Below are positions 54,471 to 64,000 of a stretch of 64,000 nucleotides of DNA, piece by piece. The notes under the pieces were generated by a model. That model saw nothing but the letters and a program-made list of their open reading frames with translations. It made no database searches and was not told the DNA's origin. Each line of letters begins with the position of its first letter. Within the stretch, counting starts at the first letter, position 1. Source of the stretch: Eledone cirrhosa. Lineage: Eukaryota. The position numbers and the translations under genes were made by a program. Location of the stretch: contig OZ024740.1 in the NCBI GenBank assembly GCA_964016885.1, positions 171,368,001-171,432,000 on the forward strand. The letters are read 5' to 3'.

Positions 54471-55205
54471 CGACTTTGATGTTAGAAATTGAGTGTGCAT
54501 TTAATTAATGTTCACTTTAAGTTCCATCTCTCTTAGATCTATTGGACTATTTCGGTTCAAGTCTTTTGTGTAATTTTACAATTTGCTCAAACTATCATCC
54601 AATGAGCCAATGAAGGAGCTTCTACATAATTGCTCAACCTGATGGAAAGAGCAGTTAAATCTCCTTCAAATCATACTTTATCATCCTAAAAACAGAAATA
54701 CACATTCATCACCTTTATACATCTGTTCTGGATGGATTGGATGGTTTCTCATAGTCCACGTCAATTCTGATTTGATGTTACTGTCTTCCTAAATGGATTA
54801 AATGACTATATCTCATTCACAAGTGCCATTTTTGGCATGGTTTCTATGGCTAGGTGCCATTCTTGACATCAACCTCAGATTATATATTTCTAAATATGAT
54901 TGGTCATGGTCAAAACACCTTTCAAGTTTGCTCAACCAGGACTAATCTGAAGCTAAACTAACAACTTTTAGTTATTTTACTGGTTTCAGTCTCTGGACTG
55001 CTACCATGCCTTGAAGGGATATAGTCAATTGTATCTGCCCTAATAATTACTTTTTAAAGTCTGCTACCTATTTTATCATTCTATATTTGTCAGACTGCTA
55101 AGTTGCTGGACATAAACAGATAATAAACATAAACATAGACATGGACAAATACAACACTATGATTATATATGTGTATGTGTGTGCATGTATATATATATAT
55201 ATATA

Positions 55206-55352
55206 TGCAAAGTGGTCGTGTAGGTACCACGGAAAAAAAGCACCCAGCACTCACTGTAAATGAGGTTGGTGTTAGGAAGGGCATCCAGCTGTAGAAATCA
55301 AGCCAGAATCAGTTCCCGTCCCACCCTTGCAAGCAGGGAAAAGCCGATGTAA
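55206..55352 (+). mobile_element. Same SINE family, 3' half only
   Basis: Matches 19975-20136. Confidence 0.78.
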
Positions 55353-58300
55353 AATGATGATGATGATGATGAACCCATGCTAGTGTGGTAGATGGACGTT
55401 AAATGATGATGATGATATATATATGGCGAGCTTCCACACGCTTTCCATCTACTAAATTTCAGTTCACTTTGGCCAACTTATTTGAGGCTACAGTAGAAGA
55501 CACTTGCACAAGGTGTCATTCTGTCCTACTTTCTTAATACTTCAGCTATCACATAGTTTTATAGTTTTTGTGTGTGTGTATTTGTTACAGATTATCTATC
55601 CCCCTTTTACACTTCAACATGTCTAGTATATAGTAAGATACAATGAACCAGTTATTATACAATCTATTTAATTTACCTACTTAATCATCTGGAAATGAGC
55701 CATTTTAGGCTAGTTTGATTACTGAGCTTAAGTTTGCTTCTTCATCAGGTCAGTGATTTTTTTAGCACTTGTATTTCTGTTTAATTTCATATTTGTTTAT
55801 ATACTCCTTTATAGATTCTTTATAGCATGTAGCAGTTTTAATTATTTTGTTGTTTTTGTTATTGTTGTTAGTGGTGGTTGTGGTGGTGATGACAGTGGGT
55901 CTAATTATAGTAAAAGTTAGGATTGCCGAGAAAGAATGTAATGTTGGTTACAAGACATAAAAAATTGGCTGGTTGTAGATTATTTTAGAAACCTTAATAC
56001 TTCTCAAATGTTATGCTATTATTATCATCACTATGGGAACAAAAATGTTTTGTAACAATTAATAGATCATTGGCTCACCAGCAAACATTTTTTTCACACT
56101 GGGTTATTGCTTAGTGGTGCCCATCTTTCTACAGGCTATTGATGACAGCCAAGAATCGCAGGTACAGAGAACAATAGAAATGATATGGCTCGATCAGGGT
56201 TTGAATCTGTGTCACAGATTCAACTTTCTAGAAACTTTGCCATCACTTTATGGCATGCATTACCACAATGTTTCCAAATAAAAACAAGTAAATTGAAACT
56301 TAATTCAGCATCCCAAATTGTATGCCCATTAAAAAAAAAACATTTTATTCTCATCTATATTCATTTCTCTGTGCTACATTATCCTTAGAATCTGATCACT
56401 GAATCATAATTTCTTAATATTAACCCTTTCATTAATATATTCCTAATAAAAGATATTGTTTGTGTTTCAATAAAATTTGGTGGAATAAAGCTAAATAACA
56501 AACTTTTTCATTATCAAGCTGGTGTTTGGAATATTACTTAACAAATTGTTCTTATATAAAATTATGTTGTAAGGTTTTAATATAAGTTTGAATACTTTAA
56601 AACAGGCAATTTTGTATCATAGCATCAGGAACGGTTTCAGGAGTGTTAGTATCAAAGAGTTACTTGTTTCTAAAGTGTTCTTTGAAATAGTCATTTTTAC
56701 TCTTACTATATGTGGTGGTTTTTCTTTGTTTAATATAAACCACACTTGATTAATAATGGTTTCTGATTTAGGCACATGACAAACAATTTTGGGGAGTGGA
56801 AAGTCGATCAAATCAACCCCAGTGCATTACTGGTACTTTATTTTATCAACCCCATAAGGATGAAAAGCAAAGCTAACCTCTGCGGCATTTGAACTCAGAA
56901 TATAAAGAGACTTAACTATATACTACAAAGCATGTTATCCGATGCTCTGTGATACTGCCAATTCACTACTTAATAATAATGTTGGTTCTTACATGAATAA
57001 CCAAATCATTTTAAAACATGAAAGGTTTTTTAATATACCACTACTGCCACCATTAATTCTTAATGGAAATGATAAAATGTTAAGGTTTTAGGAGTTATAG
57101 CTTTTGTTAATTAGAAGAAAAGGGAGATTGAGTTAGCTGATATCTCTACTAAAATAAGTATTCATGTTCAGATCTTGGCTGAATCGGTTTCATTTAACTC
57201 AAAACATCCTATCATAATCTAGCTGAAATTTTCTGAAAATAGGTTTGTATTTCAGATGCTTGAAATTTTTCAGTAAACTAAAATAAAGACTTTGTTTCAT
57301 ATGAGGCAGTCATAGTGCAGCTTTGTACTTTTCAAGAATGTCTTGTTAATATGGTTTCATGCAATGCAGGATGCTAAGATTTAATTCATGCCTGTGGGCA
57401 CTTTAAAAACTTTGTCCATGTTGTGAAAGCCATCACTCACATTATTGAATTCTATTTCATGATTAACTCTGCTTTAGAATAACTAGTCTTCTCTAGTATC
57501 ATAGAGCCACCCAAGGACAGCAAGTGTTTAGCTTTTTATCAGTAGTGAAAAATAGAGAAGTGACTTGACACAGATTAAAATATAAACATTCATTTAGAAG
57601 ATTCCTATAAATTGAACCCACACTAACACTTTCTAAACATTCTCATCAACTCCTTTATTTGTTGTTATTACAGGATAGTCTTTGCCTGAATCGATAGAAT
57701 GACAGACAAAAATACTATGTAGTATTTAGTTACATCCCTTTACATTCTGAGTTCACCACAATCTACTTTATTTTTCACCCTTCCAGAGCTGATAAAATAA
57801 GAACAAGTACCAGTTTAGTACTTGTCGAATCAAATCAACCATAGCCGCCTTCAAAAATGTGTGCCAAAGTAATTGGGATGTTGTATAGAATGCAGTGCAT
57901 TATTCATTCCAGTTATGTGTGTTCTGAGTTTAAATCCCACTGAAGTCAACATTGCATTTCAGATCGATATATAAAGCATCAGTCCACTTTCTGGAAGAAA
58001 TTGGCTTTATTAAGACATGGAAAGGGTTGTGCTCTGCAGGGTTTAAAAATACCCTAGACACACCATATGTTAGCACCCCTACAACTCCATCGGGAGTTAA
58101 GAGCCTATGGATGGAATATTTAGATATATCCCTTCACATTATGAGTTCAAATCCTGCTGGAATCAAGTTTCTTTCATCCATCCTGAGTCATAATTCATTG
58201 ATGACAAGTTCTCATTTCAACAAACCAAGCTCACCACTCGCTTTTGATCTTACCCTGCTATTTCATTTTGAAAACCCACTCAAGACTAAATTGTTTATCT

Positions 58301-60899
58301 TCCCCCACTCCTAACTAAGGCTTCATGAAAATATTGAAGATCATCTGTTATTGTTAGTATTTTTATTTGACCTTATTGACCTCAGGTAGATGGCAAGTCA
58401 GCTACTCTTTCATCCTTTGGCAGAGCAGTGTTAATCAAATAAAGTACTAGCCAAGTACTGGGGTCAATTTAATTGACTTTCTTCTCCCCTAAAATTGTTG
58501 GCTTTGTGCCTAAATTAGAAACCATCACATTGACAGAATCGTTAGTGTTGGACAAAATGAGTTGCAATATTTATTCTGGCTCATTCTGAGTTTAAATCTC
58601 ACCAAGGTCAACTTTGACTTTCATCTCTCCAGGGTTGATAAAATAAAGTACTAGTTGAATACTGGGGTCAATATATCCAACTTTTCCCCTTTCCAAAATT
58701 TCTGGCCTTGGGCCTAAATCTAAAATCATTATTATCATCATCATCATGAGGAAGAGAGAATCAGTAGTGTGACAGTACATATGCATCACGATTATTTAGT
58801 CCCCCCCCCCCCCCCCCATACATTTTCTTTCAAATACTGCTAGATGGAGGGGAGTCAATTTTACCTTTCATCCTTCCAGTTTGGGGGTGGTGGTCAATAA
58901 ATTAAAACACCAGTCAAGTGTAGTGGGGAGGGGGTCTATATAATCCAACTTTACTGTTCCATCATTATTATTAATTTCATTATCATTATTGTTTTCCTTA
59001 GTTTTTTCCTTGTTATTATTTTGTTATTTTTTTTATTTTATGTTATATTTTTATTTAATTTGTTAGCTTTTGTTCCTGTTTTTGTTTTTCACCCCTCCTT
59101 TAATTTAAACTTTTCATCTAAGCTAATTTCTTCACCTTAAATTCCTCAATGTGAATACGTTTAAAAAAAAACGTACATATTTATGTACATGTTTTTTTGT
59201 AATTTATTTGAAGAGTAATTTTCTGCAGAAATACTGTAGATGAAATATAAATAAAGATATTTTATGGAATTTGAATAGAAATTTTTGGGTATCCTAAAAT
59301 CCTGCAATTTTTTCTGCAGCCGGAGAATTGCGGAATTCTTCCGGGACAGGTAAATATAAGCATATACACATTTATTTTAGAAAATGATTGCACTTTTTTA
59401 AGGGGATTTTCCAGCCTCTACAAATGGACTGTTTATGCATACACATTAACATAGGAAAAGTTTGAGTAAAGAGAAATTATAAATCCAATTAATTTTTTTT
59501 TTATTTAAGTCAGCAAAAGACAGGGTAGAGTTACTAAACTGAATGCCTTAGAATATTTAGCTTCAGCCCTCTCGGTCCGGAGGTTTGAATATTTCCAAGG
59601 TTGACTTTAGCTTTTATTCCTATGGGTTTGATAAACAAGTATGAGTTTTATACTGGAGTTGATCTCATTGCCTGCGCTTTCTATCTACCCTCCCACTCCA
59701 AAAATCTGCTTTGCATATGTTATCAAAATATACCATTTCTTCTTTTCTTTCCTTTTTTTTTAAAATTAAACTTCAGTATTAAAAATATACAAATCTGAAT
59801 TAATTTAAGTATATTAAGCTGTCAAAAGCATTCAATAATTATTATTATTTATTCTTTCACCAAATTACAAATCTTTTAGTGACATTTTGAGGGAAATGAC
59901 TGCTGAAGCTGCTAACTTAAAGATAGTTTACAATCAGCATTGTTCCTGGTCAGTGGTTAGCCATTGTACATGTGTAGAATCAATATAATTTCCTCTACTG
60001 CTTTTTCTATTAATCATTGGCAACTTCTTTCAATGTTAATTGGGAATATTTTTTTTACTTATCAGGATAAATCAATATAATTTTTTATTCCTATGTTCTG
60101 GGATCTTTTTTTTATATATATATTGGTGGAATGAAATAACTGTTACCTTTATAACCAGTAAATAAATGTTATTATGACTGTGGGTATGTGACTATATGTG
60201 TGTAGAGAGGTTAGGTCCAAGCTTATATCCCAAATACTGCATTAATATTTCTACATAAATGTTCATTACAGCATGCAAACGTATAATTTCTCTGAGCCTG
60301 TTAATTTAATGAACAGTTATTTAATTGTTTTTGATTTTGGTGGCAGAACTAAAGTTCATAAAATTTAGCATATGATTTAATTTTGATTCTTCTGCTTCAG
60401 AACAAAAACAAAGAAGTTTTCTATTTGTGGTGGTTTGTTTCTAAATTTCCAGATGAAGTTGTCTTTAAATCGTCATCATTTGTGATCATCAAAGTGGATC
60501 TGCTTCTTTTTACATATTGATTTCAATACAATATGGGTGTGTTTGTGTATGTAAAGTGTATACTATTGCATGCTTTAGTGTAGTGGTTAGGGTATTTGAC
60601 TCATGATCATAAGATCGTGAGTTCAATTCCTGTTGATATATTGTGTCTTTGAGCAAGGCACTTTATTTCATATGTTCATATTTCACAAGATGTTCTTGTC
60701 TGATGACCCAGTGATAAACAGGCAAAATTCCATCACTTTTTAGCTTTAATATAAATGAATATTAAAACCCTACTTCGGTATTGAGTATTCTTTTCTTTCA
60801 CCTGCGACTACATGCATATACATACATACACACACACATACATACATACATACATACTATACACATACACACACACACACACACACATACATACATACA

Positions 60900-61248
60900 T
60901 GATGGCTGCCCCCTCATTATCGAGTATGGCCATTGCACGATATACCATTATTAATAATTATCAATTAATTCTATCGTGCAATGCCTGTGTGTGAAGATAT
61001 TTTTAAAGTGAGGAAAGACTGTGCACTGAGCCAATCCCACTCTCTGAGCGACAGCTATAATCCGAAAAGAAGAAAAGATCAACATCATCGATAACTACTG
61101 AGCCGCAGGTTTTATATCAAAGTTATCCCAGTTTCCTGAGTTGCTTTCTCCTAGAAGAATGCCCTGACAAAGGCTAGGGGTCCTTCACTCCCAGTGGTTT
61201 AACCGCGCGATTGGGTGTCCAGCCCGACTATTTCTAATTCCCGGCGCA
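60900..61248 (-). mobile_element. Possible non-autonomous RTE derivative (5'-UTR-like part fused to 3' end)
   Basis: GC-richer island between (CATA)n tracts. Minus strand has TAGCCTTTGTCAGGGCA..CTAGGAGAA, then SCRS..IG-like codons and a terminal hairpin. The family resemblance is from memory. Confidence 0.35.
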
Positions 61249-64000
61249 TATACATACACATGCACCCATGCATACACACACATACATATACATACACATG
61301 CACCCATGTATATATACATATACATACATATGTACATGTGTATATACATATTTACACACTTTTGGATGGCTGTTGACTCTTATGAGTTCTTCTGCCCTTT
61401 GTCAGGTTTTGTTTTTTGTCCTGCAGGGTGTCCAAAATCCCCCTCCTCACCAAGTAAACTTGGTAGGGTTGCCGGTTTAGTCGCTGACGACCCGACCATG
61501 CGACAGGTTGTACTGGGTTACATGTTACGAGTAGCACTCAAGAGTGACCCGACATACATACATACATACAGTAGGAGTTATTTCCCTTTCTTGCTGTTTT
61601 TTTATGTGAACACTCCTAAAGGAAGTTCTTGTCTTCAAATTGTGAGAATAATCTTGACTGCACATGTGCATATGGTTGTGTGGTTAAAAGGTTGGCTTTG
61701 CTACTACGTGGTTTCTGGTTTAGTCCAACAGAGTAGCACTTTGGCCAGGTATCTATTACTAAATACTCAAGTTGATGATTGGTTTGTGAGTGAAATTTTG
61801 TCTGCTGAGACTGTGTAGAAACCTGGCATATATGTGTGTGTGTGTGTGTCCATATACACACTGTTTGTTTATGTCCCATAATATAGCAATTCGACAAAAG
61901 GTATTGATAAAATTCCTTCAAAGTGGTGTACCTGTATAACTGCAATCTAATGACTGAAACCAGTAAAACAATAACCTTGCAATGGATTGATGTGTCCTAT
62001 TCAGGGCTGCTAGTCTTGTATTCTTAGGACATTAATGACAAGGAAACTAAGATAAGCTCCAGCCTGATGAACCTCTTGGTTTCTCAGAGAAAATAATATG
62101 TGAATATATATATATATATATGTCAGAGTACACAAACAACTTATATGAAAACCAAAACTAAGGAAAATCCTTCTAAGTGAACATTTAGAAATTTGCAGGA
62201 ACAGCAAATTTAAACTATTCATTTTTTTTTATAAATCTTCAAGTAATGATCCAACGTACAAACTAGAAATGGAAAAATATTTTATTTTAAAATTTCACTC
62301 TGAAACTACAGGGTAATTTCAGTTTGACTACCCTTTGATAGATCTCATGAAAGACGAAAATGCTAGATTCAAGTTAAAACATTTTATTATATTTTTTCAT
62401 CCCAAGTGATACACAGTGTCTTATTACTTCCGTCAATTATACTTTAATAATATATTATGTACTCTACCAAAAACATTTATATATATAAGGCAGGTGATTG
62501 TTAGTGTCAAAGAGAAGGCATTGCAATATTTGTTTTAGCATTCTGCACCCTGAGTTAAAATCTCATCGCAGTCTACTTTATTTTAAATCCTTTCCAGCTC
62601 TTTAAAAAGTACTATCCCAGTGTTGGTACAGTTCTCTCTCCCTCTCACTGCAACATCATAAATGTTCCACTGATTTAAGGTTGGAAGGGTGTATAAGTTG
62701 CATCTTTATTTACATATAGATGTAATGTACCATATATTTTCAAGTGAGATTTTTAAGCCCAATAGATAAGTCGCATGTATGATATTTTCATGGGAAAAGG
62801 TGCAACTTGCACATGAGTATATAAATATATGTATGTGTGTGTGTGTATGTATGTATGCATGCATGTATGTATAAACACAACCTTCTTATTTTTAGTGTAA
62901 ATGTATATAATGATTGGCTGAAATAAATAATTTTTTTTTTTTCATCTGTATTTCCAGCTTACTAATTTAAATTTACTCTAAATTTTGATAATGGCATGAA
63001 CTGCAGAATTCCTTTAAAAAAAACGTTTTTTTGTTTTTTTTTTGTTTTTTTGTTTTTTTTGTTTTTTTTTTAAATATTATTCCAATTACCTCCTCTTAAT
63101 GAATGCTTCTTCTTGTAATGTTTTGAAGATCTATTAATTCTGAAAATACAGCAAATGTTATAATCTTTTCTTTTAGTCACTAAATGTTTGCCCATTAACT
63201 AATCCTACCCAACTCTTCTTCTTCACAAATTCTCTGAATCTAAGCTCCTTTATAGTTGATTGAGTACTGAAACGATTTCAGGGGGATTATTAAATTTAAT
63301 GCTAAATTGTTCATTTTTATTTATGTTAACTTTAATATGTATATATTATAGATTTAAAAAAAAACCTTTAACTTTATAATTGTTAATATTGTCTTCTCAA
63401 TATTAGGTAGACATAGCTGTTTGGAAACATGTTAGATGGACTGTACCTGTAATTTAAAGGGCCAATCTTGTCACAAACTGTGTCATGCTGAATCTCCCTG
63501 AAAATTAATTTACGGGTACATATGTCTATGGAGTGCTCAACTATATACATATTAATTTCATAAATAGGTTGTTCTGTTGATTGAACAACTAGATCAATCA
63601 TCATCAAAACTGACAGTCCATTCCATTTTCAATATTATATTACAATTCTGAAGGGATCATTTTAAAATCAAATATTATACAGAATTTGTACTTCCTAAAA
63701 TTAGCTACAGCATCCTTAAACAGAAAAGAAAATAATTTGATACTTTCCCTGTATCAAGTATGGGTTTGGAATCAGAAATATTCTTTTCCAAGAATATTTG
63801 CTTATTAAATATGTCTATATGGAAGCACTTGCTATTATCAAATAAATTAATAAACACAGTTTTTCTATGGGAGCAAAACAACTGCTATAATTTAGCATGT
63901 GTTTAAGCTGAATAACATGGCAGTAGCTCATGGCCTAGTGATTAGGGGTTTGGAGCCAGTGTGGGTTTGATTCCCAGGCTGGGTGGCACTTTGTGCACTT

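Noticed and set aside
60452-60520. Possible next DYRK1A exon after TTCCAG
   Set aside because: No frame gives the expected (V)xLKRHF..HLCLVFE sequence; the next kinase exon is not in this window as far as I can see.

Overview
AT-rich animal genomic DNA, most likely a cephalopod (octopus-like; inferred from the SINE/LINE repertoire, not proven). The only host gene I can support is a + strand DYRK1A/minibrain kinase, seen as three exons (42078-42370, 50233-50427, 52076-52223). The rest of its kinase domain lies beyond the window, and I could not locate an upstream exon. Bases 1-22 kb are a dense mosaic of degenerate (TA)n tracts packed with young retroelements: a frameshifted CR1-group LINE, RTE LINE pieces, tRNA/CORE-type SINEs and a 3x ~1.05-kb tandem triplication. 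Bases 22-64 kb are ordinary intron-like DNA with older SINEs, TTAA-ended MITEs and decayed LINEs. The most striking unannotated signal is about ten minimal type I hammerhead-ribozyme motifs (stem I, CUGANGA, stem II, GAAA, palindromic stem III, NUH, stem I') from several sequence families, usually tied to fold-back inverted repeats. One of them is a near-perfect 1.47-kb inverted array of a 561-nt hammerhead-bearing unit whose inversion breakpoint falls inside the ribozyme core. These look like Penelope-pLTR or retrozyme-type self-cleaving elements. All structure calls were made by eye and none has been tested.
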